DNA of 64,000 nt from Sphingobacteriales bacterium (GCA_004295245.1 REAR01000069.1:9587-73586), one strand, 5' to 3'; shown: positions 9,320 through 19,636, counted from the first letter of the stretch. The notes: generated by a model from the sequence alone, not told the origin. Numbers and translations are program-made.

Positions 9320-10402
9320 TTATACCAACGGGCTTTGTTTAAAATTGGTAATAAAATTTTCTACCTGTTGGTTAAATTGGGGCCCTTCTTCAAACAAAAA
9401 TTCCATTTCAATAGGTAAAACATAAAAAGGCAGTGCATCCAGCTCATGCTGAAATTTAACCAGCCGTACGGCATCTTTTTCTGTAGTTAAAATTATTTTA
9501 TTGTGGTGGGGTATTTCTTCAAAGCGTTGTATAATTTCTTTTAAATCGTCTATGGTAAAAATATGATGATCGCTATAGGCTTGCTGGTAATAGGTTTTTG
9601 AGCACTCGTGTAACCAGTTTTTTAAAGGGGCCGGGTTGGCAATGCCGGTTACCAGCAATACTTCAGTGTGTTTATCAATGGTAACATGTTCTCCTTTTTT
9701 TAAATGGTAGGGGTGCCCATATTTTATAGTGCTAAAATAAACCTGCTGATGGGGCAAAGGGTTTATTTCTGTTGTAATTTTTTGTTTCTCATTAATAAGT
9801 AAAGTAGCCGGGCATTTGGTAACTATAAAAACTTGTGCACGTTGGGCACTTCTTTTTTCATCTCTTAAATCGCCGGTGGGCAGGTACCAGTCTTTTGTAA
9901 ATAAGTTACTATAATCTGTAAGTATAATATTAAACCCCGCAGTAACCTTACGGTGCTGAAAGGCATCATCTAAAATAATTGCTTGTGTAGCCGGTCGGTC
10001 GTGCAGTAGTTGCGGAATGGCTTCCAGTCTTTCTTCGCCCACTGCCACCGCTACAGTTGGAAATTTTAAATGAAACTGCATGGGTTCATCGCCAATTTCT
10101 AAAGCATTACTGTTGTGGTTGGCCAATGCATAGCCTTTTGTTTTACGCATATAACCCCTGCTTAGCGTGGCTAATACAAATTGATTTTTTAACTGCCGTA
10201 CGAGGTATTCTACCATTGGAGATTTACCGGTACCACCTACCGCAAGATTGCCTACACAAATTAAAGGCAGGTTAAAACTGGCAGCAGGCAACAATTTTTT
10301 ATCGTAAAAAAAATTTCTAAGGTAAATAACGCCATAGTACAAAAAAGACAAGGGAAACAAGAGTATACGTATTGGCCTTAAAAAAGGGAAATTAAAATTC
10401 AT
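9320..10402 (-). CDS. lpxK: Tetraacyldisaccharide 4'-kinase
   Basis: The protein is 360 aa, with the P-loop VGNLAVGGTGKSPMVEYL after an N-terminal membrane anchor. This is the typical LpxK layout. Confidence 0.85.
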   Translation of the reverse strand: MNFNFPFLRPIRILLFPLSFLYYGVIYLRNFFYDKKLLPAASFNLPLICVGNLAVGGTGKSPMVEYLVRQLKNQFVLATLSRGYMRKTKGYALANHNSNALEIGDEPMQFHLKFPTVAVAVGEERLEAIPQLLHDRPATQAIILDDAFQHRKVTAGFNIILTDYSNLFTKDWYLPTGDLRDEKRSAQRAQVFIVTKCPATLLINEKQKITTEINPLPHQQVYFSTIKYGHPYHLKKGEHVTIDKHTEVLLVTGIANPAPLKNWLHECSKTYYQQAYSDHHIFTIDDLKEIIQRFEEIPHHNKIILTTEKDAVRLVKFQHELDALPFYVLPIEMEFLFEEGPQFNQQVENFITNFKQSPLV

Positions 10403-10961
10403 AAATGCGTTGTGGCGTAATGCAGATATTTAAAGGTACATCAAAGGCATGAATATCATCAAACCCATCAAAAGGCTCAAAAAAAGAAATACCCACTTTT
10501 AAAGTTTGGGGGCTGCACCGGGAGAGGTAACGATCGTAATAACCCATGCCATGCCCAATGCGGTACCCTCTTTTATCAATACCACTAGAGGGTACAAAAA
10601 CAATTTCTAACTGGTTAGGAGAGATAATAAAACCATCCAGGGGCTCTAATATATTAAACTTGTTTTTGGTATAAAATTTCTCGTTGTTTATCTCATGGGC
10701 TTCCATTGATTTGTCGGAGGGATTGATTTTTGGCCAGCAAATAACTATACCAGGTAAAGTAGAACGAAATTGATCTTCAAATAACAACGAGTCAAATTCC
10801 CTTTTGGTTCTCATCGGGCTATAGGAAAGCACATTTCTTACCAATGGCCATGGGTATTGGCAAAACTTATGAAAGATTAAAGCAGTAGCCGTATCATACT
10901 CTTCTTGCGTTAAGGCAGTAAGCTTTTTAACATACTGATTACGGGCAGTTGCTTTTAACAT
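10392..10961 (-). CDS. 5-formyltetrahydrofolate cyclo-ligase family protein
   Basis: The 189-aa protein carries the motif GYRIGHGMGYYDRYL. It overlaps lpxK by 11 nt and bioD by 7 nt, which suggests translational coupling. Confidence 0.8.
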   Translation of the reverse strand: MLKATARNQYVKKLTALTQEEYDTATALIFHKFCQYPWPLVRNVLSYSPMRTKREFDSLLFEDQFRSTLPGIVICWPKINPSDKSMEAHEINNEKFYTKNKFNILEPLDGFIISPNQLEIVFVPSSGIDKRGYRIGHGMGYYDRYLSRCSPQTLKVGISFFEPFDGFDDIHAFDVPLNICITPQRIYEF

Positions 10962-11587
10962 AGGCCTTGCAATTGTTTTTTTAAATATGCTGCCTGCTGG
11001 CAGATAAATACTTTGTCTATTGTTTCAGTAAAGGGTATAGAGAGTAGTTTTGGATAACCGGTCCACGCCACAATTTCTTCTTCGTATGAAAGATAACTAT
11101 CCGTAAAAACCCACCCCAACACTGGTATGCCCGCTTGCTTACAAGATGCTGCTGTAAGCAAAGAATGATTGATGCTACCAAGATAATTTCTGCTGACTAA
11201 TAGAACCTTGGCCTGTAGTTGTTGAATGAGATTGGCTACAAAAAATTGGTTACTTAAGGGAACCATGAGGCCGCCTGCTCCTTCAACAATTAAGTTACTG
11301 TTTTTAGTAGGAATTTGTTGCAGAATTTTTTCTACAGAAATGGTAATCCCTTCCTCACGTGCTGCTATATGAGGTGAGGCCGGTTTTTTTAGTTTATAAA
11401 CTTCCGGGTGAATACAGCTTTTTGTGTTGCTAATATGGGCCTGTACCCATTCGCTATCCGTGCCTTCATCAAAACCTGCTTGTATAGGTTTCCAGTAGTC
11501 AGCCTCCAGTGCTTCTGCTGCAATCGCAGCCACCAATGTTTTACCAACACCAGTACCAATACCCGTAATAAAAATAGGTTCACACAT
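10955..11587 (-). CDS. bioD: Dethiobiotin synthase
   Basis: The 210-aa protein has the P-loop ITGIGTGVGKT and the motif DYWKPIQAG. Confidence 0.85.
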   Translation of the reverse strand: MCEPIFITGIGTGVGKTLVAAIAAEALEADYWKPIQAGFDEGTDSEWVQAHISNTKSCIHPEVYKLKKPASPHIAAREEGITISVEKILQQIPTKNSNLIVEGAGGLMVPLSNQFFVANLIQQLQAKVLLVSRNYLGSINHSLLTAASCKQAGIPVLGWVFTDSYLSYEEEIVAWTGYPKLLSIPFTETIDKVFICQQAAYLKKQLQGLC

Positions 11588-11723
11588 TGTATAAGGCGGT
11601 ATTCAGCGATTTAAAGTAAGTTAAAGCAAATTTGTTGTTTATACCGGTTACTTAACAAATATGTTTTTTTATAATTACTTCTTATGTAGCGGCAGGAAGG
11701 GATTGGTATAAGTAATTTTTAAA

Positions 11724-12284
11724 CTATGCTGTTGTAGTATTTTCAACCCGGTTAATAAAGATGGAAAAAATGGTAGTACCGTAATTTCTTTCTGTTACAT
11801 ACTGCGCATAATTTTTATAATCGTTACGTGGGGTGTGTTCTAATACAAACCACCCCGCTGGTTTTAATAATTTTTTTTCTGCCACCAGCTTAGGCAATTC
11901 ATCAATAGTAGTTAGCGCATAAGGCGGGCCTGCAAAAATAAAATCATACTGCTCATTGCATTGGTGCATATAACTGAATACATCCATCTTTATAACCTTA
12001 CTATTTCCAATTTTCAGTAAGTCTATATTTTTGATAATAAACTCATACATCTTAGGGTCTTTCTCCACTATCGTTAAATTGGCAGCACCACGGCTGGCCA
12101 ATTCGTAACTAATGGCACCTGTGCCACCAAATAAATCAAGGGTATCAATACCCTCCAGCTCAATATTATTTTGAATAATATTGAAAAGCCCTTCCTTGGC
12201 AATATCAGTTGTTGGTCGGGTATTGGGCATATGTGGGGGCGGGTTAATGCGGCGGCCACCCAGTGTGCCACTTATAATACGCAT
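11724..12284 (-). CDS. rsmD: 16S rRNA (guanine966-N2)-methyltransferase
   Basis: The 186-aa protein starts MRIISGTLGGRRI, has the SAM motif DLFGGTGAISYE, and has the FAGPPY catalytic motif. Confidence 0.85.
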   Translation of the reverse strand: MRIISGTLGGRRINPPPHMPNTRPTTDIAKEGLFNIIQNNIELEGIDTLDLFGGTGAISYELASRGAANLTIVEKDPKMYEFIIKNIDLLKIGNSKVIKMDVFSYMHQCNEQYDFIFAGPPYALTTIDELPKLVAEKKLLKPAGWFVLEHTPRNDYKNYAQYVTERNYGTTIFSIFINRVENTTTA

Positions 12285-13111
12285 AAAGACATATTCAATA
12301 ATGGTGAGAAAAAATGATTGGGATATTCATTGAAGCCTGCTGCTAAAGCACTGTTAGTTGTGTTTATAAAATTTAATTGTGCCAGGTATTTTTGCAGCTC
12401 AGTAAATACAGCAGAGCTTTCCTCAATGGTACCTGCCAGCGTAACCTGCGTTGAGGCAGGTGATAGGCCCAACTGCTCTAGTACATTTAGTACATAGTAG
12501 GCTACATCTTCTGCAGCCTGGTATGCATAACTCTGTACTAACTCAATGCCTTTATTAGTAATTACACCAATAATAATACGTGATGGGTAGAACAAGATGC
12601 TAACTGTAGGTGTGGATACCGCCTCTTGCTTCTTTAAACACTCCAGCCACACGCTGTAAAAATGCCAGTATTTACCATTGGTAAACCTACGTTGAAATAA
12701 ACGGTGTATTTCGCCAGGTACGGTAAAAACGCAATAGCTATCAAAACCATGTACTTTTTCACTCAGTATGGTGCCATTATTAAAATCTCCTTGCAATAAC
12801 AGCGTTTGTTCTTGTGTTGCGTTTATATTAAAAAAATCTTTTGGCACAAACTGGCTTTCCGGAAAATTATAGAGTACAACCGTTTCACTTAATTCTTCAC
12901 GCAGCAAAGGCGTTTCGTTTATAATTTCTTCTACAGAAGCAGCCAGTTCACGGGCATGCACGGCTGGCAACTCATAACAGCACAAGGTAACAGGTGTTTC
13001 GTTTGCGAGCAGCAGGTAGGCAAAATAATACGGACCTATCTCCATTACCAGCTGACGCCGGCTGCTGTCAGTAGCAACCCCGGTATTAATATTAAAAAGT
13101 GGATGATGCAT
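12272..13111 (-). CDS. Conserved hypothetical protein (DUF3822-like, commonly upstream of rsmD in Bacteroidota)
   Basis: The ORF overlaps the rsmD start by 13 nt. The start is placed at the MHHPLF ATG, because the longer ORF-track start at 13165 overlaps the divergent MATE gene region. The family call comes from gene context and recollection only. Confidence 0.45.
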   Translation of the reverse strand: MHHPLFNINTGVATDSSRRQLVMEIGPYYFAYLLLANETPVTLCCYELPAVHARELAASVEEIINETPLLREELSETVVLYNFPESQFVPKDFFNINATQEQTLLLQGDFNNGTILSEKVHGFDSYCVFTVPGEIHRLFQRRFTNGKYWHFYSVWLECLKKQEAVSTPTVSILFYPSRIIIGVITNKGIELVQSYAYQAAEDVAYYVLNVLEQLGLSPASTQVTLAGTIEESSAVFTELQKYLAQLNFINTTNSALAAGFNEYPNHFFSPLLNMSLCVL

Positions 13112-13198
13112 AAAAGCGCTGCAAAATAGTGTTTTTTGCTCATTGCCGCTTTTTGTAAGGGCCACGCTGTTTTAATTTGTAGGTTTGCGCCAATTTTT

Positions 13199-14557
13199 AT
13201 GGCAGCAGCACCAACATTATCGCATTTACAGGTAAGTATAACCAACCGGCAAATACTGGGTATTGCGTTGCCTATTACATTATCACTAATAGTGCCTCAG
13301 TTAAATTTTATTACCAATAATATTTTTCTGGGTAGCCTTGGAGAAAAAGAGTTGGGCAATGCCGGCATTACCGGTGTTTATTACCTCATTGTAGCTGTGG
13401 TGGGTAATGGCTTAAACAATGCCATACAATCACTCATCAGCCGCAACGCCGGCAAAGGAGATATTAAGGCAATAGACGTAATACTAATGCAAGGTATGCG
13501 CATTGCATTGTTATTTGCCTTAGCGGGTATTGCTTTTACCTGGGTGGTTACCCCTTATATTTTAAAACCATTTGCTGCGCCAGAAAGCTTTGCTGCAGAA
13601 ATGCAGTTTTTAAAAATACGCGTATTGGGCCTGCCTTTTTTATATCTCTTTCAAATGGGCAATGCGTTTTTGGTAGGCACTTTAAACAGTCGCTATTTAC
13701 TATTAGGTACCATTGTAGAAGCGGGTGCAAATATTTTGTTTGATTATCTTTTTATTTTTGGGCATGCCGGTTTTCCGCAACTGGGTTTTAATGGTGCTGC
13801 TGTTGCTTCTGTTATTGCAGAGGTAGTAGGCTTATTAGCTGTAACCGGTGTAATTTTTAGTTTAGGGTTAAAAAGAAAATTTCATCTGTTTACGCATTGG
13901 CAGTTTAATAAAAAAGTTAATAAATCCATTACCAATATTGCGGCCCCTCTGGTATTACAATACGTTATCAGCTTAACTACCTGGTTGGTTTTTTTTGTAA
14001 TGATAGAAGGTTATGGAGAACGTGCCAAAGCCATTAGTAATACCATGCGCAATGTATTTGGTGTGGTGGGGATTTTTATATGGGCTTTTGCCAGCACCAC
14101 TAATACCATGGTTAGTAATTTAATTGGGCAGGGCAAACAAGATAAAGTGCTTTATGCCATTAAGCGGGTAATGTTGTTAAGCTTTTTGTTTGCCAGTGTA
14201 GTGGCAGTGCTGCTCAATGTTTTTCCACACCTTTTTTTAAGTGTATTTGCGCAAGGAGAAAATTTTATTGCCGATGCTATACCCGTAATGCGTATGGTAA
14301 CCGCCGGTATGCTTTGTATGAGTGTGGCTTCAGTGTGGCTAAATGGCTTAACCGGTACCGGCCAAACACGTGTTAATGTGTTGGTAGAGATAGCCGCTAT
14401 TTTACTTTATCTTCTTTACAATTGGATCATCATTTACCACCTCAAATGGTCTTTAGCGGCTGCCTGGGGCAACGAAATTGTTTATTGGGTGGTAATCTTC
14501 ATTATTGCATTTATTTATTTGCGCAGCGAGAAATGGAAGGGAAAAATTATTTTGTAA
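13199..14557 (+). CDS. MATE family efflux transporter
   Basis: The protein is polytopic (~12 TM). The N-terminus ITNRQILGIALPITLSLIVPQLNFITNNIFLG is typical of MATE. The start is placed at the ATG at 13199 (MAAAPT). Confidence 0.8.
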   Translation: MAAAPTLSHLQVSITNRQILGIALPITLSLIVPQLNFITNNIFLGSLGEKELGNAGITGVYYLIVAVVGNGLNNAIQSLISRNAGKGDIKAIDVILMQGMRIALLFALAGIAFTWVVTPYILKPFAAPESFAAEMQFLKIRVLGLPFLYLFQMGNAFLVGTLNSRYLLLGTIVEAGANILFDYLFIFGHAGFPQLGFNGAAVASVIAEVVGLLAVTGVIFSLGLKRKFHLFTHWQFNKKVNKSITNIAAPLVLQYVISLTTWLVFFVMIEGYGERAKAISNTMRNVFGVVGIFIWAFASTTNTMVSNLIGQGKQDKVLYAIKRVMLLSFLFASVVAVLLNVFPHLFLSVFAQGENFIADAIPVMRMVTAGMLCMSVASVWLNGLTGTGQTRVNVLVEIAAILLYLLYNWIIIYHLKWSLAAAWGNEIVYWVVIFIIAFIYLRSEKWKGKIIL

Positions 14558-14663
14558 CCAGCTTTAGAATTATTGATTTGAAATTTCAAATAGGAAACTT
14601 TAAATATCAAATGCTCAAGTGTGCGACGCAAGGATGCCGAATAATGTTATATGGCTGGTTACA
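14553..14663. repeat. Dispersed element (111 bp) with perfect 10-bp terminal inverted repeats and a single core
   Basis: TGTAACCAGC at 14553-14562 pairs with GCTGGTTACA at 14654-14663. The core AAGTGTGCGACGCAAG is at 14618-14633, and the internal perfect palindrome ATTTGAAATTTCAAAT is at 14576-14591. The MATE stop codon TAA (14555-14557) lies inside the left terminal repeat. Confidence 0.85.
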
Positions 14664-14697
14664 TAAAAAAACACCCACATGGTAGCGGGTGTTTTTT
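14664..14697. terminator. Bidirectional terminator between the MATE gene and fba
   Basis: The stem ACACCC/GGGTGT is flanked by an A-run and a T-run. Confidence 0.65.
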
Positions 14698-14715
14698 ATA
14701 AAGAAGTTGATTAAG

Positions 14716-15783
14716 TTATGCGTTGCGGTTAATGCAATTTAAATCTTCAAAAGCTACTTCTAAACGCTTCATAAAAGTTTCTTCTCCTTTACGCAACCAA
14801 ACGCGTGGATCATAGAATTTTTTATTGGGCTTATCAGCTCCTTCTGGGTTACCTAATTGGCCTTGCAGGTAAGCTTCGTTCTTTTTATAAAACTCCATTA
14901 CCCCTTCCCAGAAACTCCATTGCAAATCGGTATCAATATTCATTTTAATGGCACCGTAGCCTATGGCCTCACGTATTTGGTGTTGCGGGCTGCCGCTACC
15001 ACCATGAAATACAAAATACACAGGTTTGCTGCTGGTCTTCAATTCTTTTTCAATATAGTCCTGACTGTTTTTTAAAATTTCTGGACGTAGCTCTACATTG
15101 CCGGGTTTGTAAACACCATGCACGTTACCAAAAGCTGCTGCAACGGTAAACATATTGCCTACTTTGCTTAACTCAGTATAGGCATAGGCCACGTGTTGTG
15201 GTTGGGTATATAATTTATCGTTCTCCACATCGCTGTTGTCAACACCGTCTTCTTCACCACCGGTTACACCCAGTTCAATTTCTATGCTCATGCCTAATGG
15301 CGCCATGCGTTTGTAAAAGGCTGCAGACGTGTGTATATTTTCTTCAATTGGCTCTTCGCTTAAATCTAACATATGACTGCTAAACAGGGGCTGCCCTTTT
15401 TCTTTATAAAATTGCTCGCCGGCATCAATTAACCCGCTTATCCATGGCAACCATTTTTTTGAAGCATGGTCTGTATGCAATACTACGGGCACACCGTAAT
15501 GCTTGGCAACATTGTGAATGTGCAGTGCGCCTGAAATGCCACCGCTTATATTAGCTTGCAAGGCATCATTGGGCATTCCTTTGCCAGCAATAAATTGTGC
15601 GCCGCCATTAGAAAATTGAATGATTACAGGAGAATTAACTTTAGCAGCAGTTTCTAAAGTAGCGTTGATGTTGTTAGTGCCAATAGTGTTTACTGCGGGT
15701 AAAGCAAATTGGTTTTCTTTAGCATCTTTATACAGGGCTTCCAGTTCTTTGCCAAAGAGTACCCCGGGTTTGTACTTTTTCAT
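14716..15783 (-). CDS. fbaA: Class II fructose-bisphosphate aldolase
   Basis: The 355-aa protein has the motifs VVLHTDH and FVFHGGSGS and the overall class II FBA pattern. Confidence 0.9.
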   Translation of the reverse strand: MKKYKPGVLFGKELEALYKDAKENQFALPAVNTIGTNNINATLETAAKVNSPVIIQFSNGGAQFIAGKGMPNDALQANISGGISGALHIHNVAKHYGVPVVLHTDHASKKWLPWISGLIDAGEQFYKEKGQPLFSSHMLDLSEEPIEENIHTSAAFYKRMAPLGMSIEIELGVTGGEEDGVDNSDVENDKLYTQPQHVAYAYTELSKVGNMFTVAAAFGNVHGVYKPGNVELRPEILKNSQDYIEKELKTSSKPVYFVFHGGSGSPQHQIREAIGYGAIKMNIDTDLQWSFWEGVMEFYKKNEAYLQGQLGNPEGADKPNKKFYDPRVWLRKGEETFMKRLEVAFEDLNCINRNA

Positions 15784-15906
15784 TTTTGTAAAATTATTAG
15801 ATGGTAATTAAGTGTTATGTACCAAAACAAGCAACGTTTTGGCGGCGCTAAGATAATGTTTAATGCAGTTATTGTTTCAATAAAATTGACTAAACCCAAA
15901 TGAATG

Positions 15907-17013
15907 TTAGTCTTCTGTGTTGCTTTTTAACTTGGGTATGAGCAGCAGGTTTTTACGCAACGATTGCTTGAGATTGGTTTTTACCACCTGCCCCATTGAG
16001 TGGCAATTTTTAAAAGCAGTATTCTGGTAAAACGTATTCAACTCTTTTTTTATAAGGTCAATTTTTTCTGTGGTGGATATTTCGTCACGGGTCATAATAT
16101 CCAGCAATTCTTTAACACGGTAGCGGCTACTGGCCAGGCGAAAGGCCATGAGTGTGCGTTCTTCTGTTTGGTATTGCTCAATAGAATCTTTATTAAGATG
16201 CTGCAGCGTAAGATCTACATACGCTATGTTTTCTTTAAAAAATTGAGGCCGGTATAAATTGCGGCGCCCCTCAAAACTTTGCTGATCAAAGTCTATTGCC
16301 CGGATGCGGTATTGAAAATCTTCAATATCTGGTGTAATGTCTACCACAAAATTATAGCTCCGCATATCGCCCAATAATCGCACAAAACAACGCTCATTAA
16401 ATTTTACAAATTCTTTGGCCAGGCGTATTTTATTGGTGTCTGCTGCTTCCAGATAATTTTTTATAAAAAGATCTCCGGGTATGCCGGGTATATGTTCTTC
16501 TACAAGGGTGTTATGATGCGTAAAAAAAGTAATGCGGTTGGGAGACAAAAGATGCTCTAGCTCTAACCCATAAATACGGCTGGCGTCTGCTACTTTAATA
16601 TAGTAATGGTCGTAATTATCGTTAAACTTATTTACAATACGAATGCGGAAGGGGTGCGAATTACCAAAAGTGCAGAAATCAATACGGGCGACATCCAGGT
16701 GTTTTGTAAAACTTAAATCTCCTTCTGTTTTTAAAATAGCATAAATGCGTATTAATCCATCTCGAATGTAATTCCACTCCCGCATGTCATAGCTTACACT
16801 TTCCCAAAGTGTGTCTTTGCCATGTTTGTCTTTTATTGGAAAGGAATAGGTATAATGTAAAAGGTCTTTGTAAGCAACGGGCAATTTCACTTCCCGACCA
16901 TGTTGTTTCAGGTAAGAACGTAATGGGGTACTTACCGCAAACATTGGTTTTTTGCGGCTGGGTTTACCGGGTTCGTTACCAGCTAATTCGTTTTTATAAT
17001 TTACAAAGCCCAT
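15907..17013 (-). CDS. Hypothetical protein
   Basis: The ORF is long with normal coding appearance, but I recognise no family. The start is placed at the ATG (MGFVNYK) rather than the upstream TTG at 17049. Confidence 0.55.
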   Translation of the reverse strand: MGFVNYKNELAGNEPGKPSRKKPMFAVSTPLRSYLKQHGREVKLPVAYKDLLHYTYSFPIKDKHGKDTLWESVSYDMREWNYIRDGLIRIYAILKTEGDLSFTKHLDVARIDFCTFGNSHPFRIRIVNKFNDNYDHYYIKVADASRIYGLELEHLLSPNRITFFTHHNTLVEEHIPGIPGDLFIKNYLEAADTNKIRLAKEFVKFNERCFVRLLGDMRSYNFVVDITPDIEDFQYRIRAIDFDQQSFEGRRNLYRPQFFKENIAYVDLTLQHLNKDSIEQYQTEERTLMAFRLASSRYRVKELLDIMTRDEISTTEKIDLIKKELNTFYQNTAFKNCHSMGQVVKTNLKQSLRKNLLLIPKLKSNTED

Positions 17014-17041
17014 GATGTAAGTTGAGATTACTAAAGATACA

Positions 17042-17824
17042 TCAGCCAACGGAAGCCATCAACTCTTTAAAATAGGCAGGTGCCATTGCAAGCCGGCTAC
17101 CATACCAGCTAAAATATTCTCCGTCTGCTAATGCTATTTTGCAAGCAGGTAATTGCTGTTGCAGCGCAGCTATATGCTTTTCTTTAAAAGGGTAGGGCTC
17201 TGAGGATAGTAATAGCAATTGGCAATTTGCCTGTTGCAGTTCTTCTATGGTTATTACCGGATAACGCTTAAGATGACCGAAAATATTTTTAAAACCACAA
17301 AGCGACAATAAATGGTGAATAAAAGTATCTCCACCAACGGTCATGAATGGATCTTGCCAGATGAGGTATGCGGTGTTAATAGATGTTGAAAGTGGTTGCA
17401 GTTGCTCAAAAGCCTGCTGTATATTTTCAATAAGTGCTGCTGCTTCAATTCTTTTATTGGTTATAGTACCAAGTTGTTGCATCATTATAAATGCATCTGC
17501 TGTAGCGTTTATATCACTTGTGTATACAACATACTGTTGCTGCAATGTTTCTACTTGTTCTTTGTTGTTTTCTTCTTTGTTGGCAATAATCAAATCGGGT
17601 TGCAACTGCCTGATGGTTTCAAAGTTTATATTTTTGGTACCACCTACTCTTTTTTTGTGTTGCTGCCAAGGCGCAGGGTGTACGCAAAATTTTGTAATGC
17701 CAACAACATTATTATCTAAACCAAGGGTATACAATAATTCTGTTTGAGAGGGCACCAGACTTATAATGCGTTGCGGAGCAGAACCAATAAAAATATTTTT
17801 ACCTATCTGATCCGTTATAAACAT
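17042..17824 (-). CDS. Periplasmic binding protein, BtuF/FhuD-like (helical-backbone metal or cobalamin receptor)
   Basis: The 260-aa protein has IISLVPSQTELLYTLGL...VVGITKFC...LQPDLIIANKEEN, typical of this substrate-binding family. Confidence 0.7.
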   Translation of the reverse strand: MFITDQIGKNIFIGSAPQRIISLVPSQTELLYTLGLDNNVVGITKFCVHPAPWQQHKKRVGGTKNINFETIRQLQPDLIIANKEENNKEQVETLQQQYVVYTSDINATADAFIMMQQLGTITNKRIEAAALIENIQQAFEQLQPLSTSINTAYLIWQDPFMTVGGDTFIHHLLSLCGFKNIFGHLKRYPVITIEELQQANCQLLLLSSEPYPFKEKHIAALQQQLPACKIALADGEYFSWYGSRLAMAPAYFKELMASVG

Positions 17825-17835
17825 ATAATTTTTTA

Positions 17836-18222
17836 TTATTCTCCCGTAAAGTCCCCAATATCTCTACGTTGCTTTTTAGTGGGGCGACCAACCTTACTCA
17901 AACGTTTGCCGGTATTAAAACTAGCTGCCTGAAATTGGATCCGTTCCAATTCTTCAGCAGGTGTAATATCGGTATAATATTTAATGGCCTCTGTATAAGC
18001 GGCACGGTTGTTTAGTAAACCGGTAACTTTTATACGCCACCGCTTCGCTTCAGTTTTTACTTCATATTCATCATCAATGGCTACTGTTCTGGATGCTTTG
18101 GCAGCGGCATCGCTAAATTTTACTTTTCCTTTATCGCAGGCATCTGCAGCCTGGCTGCGTGTTTTAAACAGCCGTATACTCCACAGGTATTTATCCAGTC
18201 TTAATTTTTCTTTCTCTGCCAT
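17836..18222 (-). CDS. RNA-binding S4 domain protein (Hsp15-like)
   Basis: The 128-aa protein has LRLDKYLWSIRLFKTRSQAADACDKGKVKF, the S4 domain signature. Confidence 0.75.
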   Translation of the reverse strand: MAEKEKLRLDKYLWSIRLFKTRSQAADACDKGKVKFSDAAAKASRTVAIDDEYEVKTEAKRWRIKVTGLLNNRAAYTEAIKYYTDITPAEELERIQFQAASFNTGKRLSKVGRPTKKQRRDIGDFTGE

Positions 18223-18262
18223 AAAAAATATAACACGCTAAAGTTACAGCAATTTATTTTTT

Positions 18263-18380
18263 TGTTATCAGCAGTATATCGCTATTCGCCATCGTTGCGT
18301 CGCACACTTCAACATTTGATATTTGAAGTTTCTGATTTGAAATTTCAAATATCAAGTCAAAAATTTTACAGCTGGTTATT
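18263..18380. repeat. Dispersed element with a single core, the same subfamily as 14553-14663 in opposite orientation
   Basis: TGTTATCAGC is at 18263-18272 and GCTGGTTAT at 18371-18379. The core GTTGCGTCGCACACTT is at 18294-18309. An 18-mer identical to that in the other element, TGATTTGAAATTTCAAAT, is at 18333-18350. Confidence 0.85.
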
Positions 18381-18391
18381 TAATTCTATTA

Positions 18392-19609
18392 TCAAAATTG
18401 TGCCGTTACCTGGTTGCGTAGTAAATCATCCATATCATCCCGCTTGCGTATTAACTGTGCCTGGTTGTTAAGCCACAACACTTCTGCAGGTTTATAACGG
18501 CTGTTATAATTAGAAGCCATTTCAAAACAATAGGCACCGGCGTTTTTAAATACCAATAAATCGCCTTCACGCACTTCTGGTAAAGAGCGGTCTTCTGCAA
18601 AATTATCCGTCTCGCAAATATTACCCACTACATTGTATTTTTTGTGTGGTGCATCTCCATTAGTAAGGTTTATTATTTCGTGGTAAGCCCCATAAAACAT
18701 AGGGCGTATTAAATGATTGAGCCCTGTATCAACACCTGCAAAATTGCGGGTGGCATTTTCTTTCAACACATTTACTTTAGTTATAAAATACCCCGCTTCG
18801 CTTACTAAAAATTTGCCAGGCTCAAACCACGCTTTTAATTGGCGGTTATGAGTTTGATTGTATTGGGCAAATGCCATATTTACTGAGCGGCCCAGTTCTT
18901 CAATATCCGTCCCGGCTTCGTTGGGTTTATAAGGCACTTTAAAACCGCCGCCTAAATCAATAACCTCTACTTCTGAAAATTCTTGAACAATTTCAAACAA
19001 CACGTTAAGCCCTTTAGCAAACACAGCCACGTCTTTTATTTCGCTACCAGTGTGTATGTGTAATGTTTTTATATGCAGGTTGGTGGTTTTAATCAGGTCA
19101 ATAATTTCCTGCACTTGTTCTAAGGGCACACCAAATTTACTATCCTCGTGCCCCGTTGAAATTTTTAAATTGCCACCTGCCATAATATTAGGCCTTATGC
19201 GCACGCCAACAGGGTAGCTATGGCCAAAACGTTCTCCAAATTTTTTAAGATTAGATAAACTGTCAATATTAATATGCACACCCAATTCTTTGGCAGTTAT
19301 TATTTCTTCAAAAGAAATATTGTTGCTGGTATACAAAACGCGGTGCGGTTCAAAACCGGCATGCAAGGCCAGTTGTACTTCGTTTACTGAGCTGCAATCA
19401 ACATTGCAGCCAATATGGTTTATATAACGCAGTATGTTTATATTGGTTAGTGCCTTGGCGGCATAAAAAAAGGTGGTGGTTTCTTTGTTAAAGGCATTTT
19501 GCAAACGTGCAAACTGTTCTTTAATTTTTTCGGCATGGTAAACATAAACTGGAGTGCCATAGGTGGCAGCCATATTTTCTAAAGCCTGTGCTGGTATTGA
19601 GGTGGTCAT
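18392..19609 (-). CDS. lysA: Diaminopimelate decarboxylase
   Basis: The 405-aa protein has group IV PLP decarboxylase motifs (FYAAKA, HIHTGSE, DLGGGF). Confidence 0.85.
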   Translation of the reverse strand: MTTSIPAQALENMAATYGTPVYVYHAEKIKEQFARLQNAFNKETTTFFYAAKALTNINILRYINHIGCNVDCSSVNEVQLALHAGFEPHRVLYTSNNISFEEIITAKELGVHINIDSLSNLKKFGERFGHSYPVGVRIRPNIMAGGNLKISTGHEDSKFGVPLEQVQEIIDLIKTTNLHIKTLHIHTGSEIKDVAVFAKGLNVLFEIVQEFSEVEVIDLGGGFKVPYKPNEAGTDIEELGRSVNMAFAQYNQTHNRQLKAWFEPGKFLVSEAGYFITKVNVLKENATRNFAGVDTGLNHLIRPMFYGAYHEIINLTNGDAPHKKYNVVGNICETDNFAEDRSLPEVREGDLLVFKNAGAYCFEMASNYNSRYKPAEVLWLNNQAQLIRKRDDMDDLLRNQVTAQF

Positions 19610-19636
19610 TTTTTGTAACTGATCTTTATAGTGGGT

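Noticed and set aside
17343-17747. Long antisense ORFs lie inside well-supported genes. Examples are 17343..17747, 20466..20831, 21654..22097, 46925..47296, 52581..52997 and 53404..53736.
   Set aside because: Each is fully embedded opposite a gene with clear family motifs. Their low-complexity, Cys/Ser/Leu-rich translations are typical of shadow frames.
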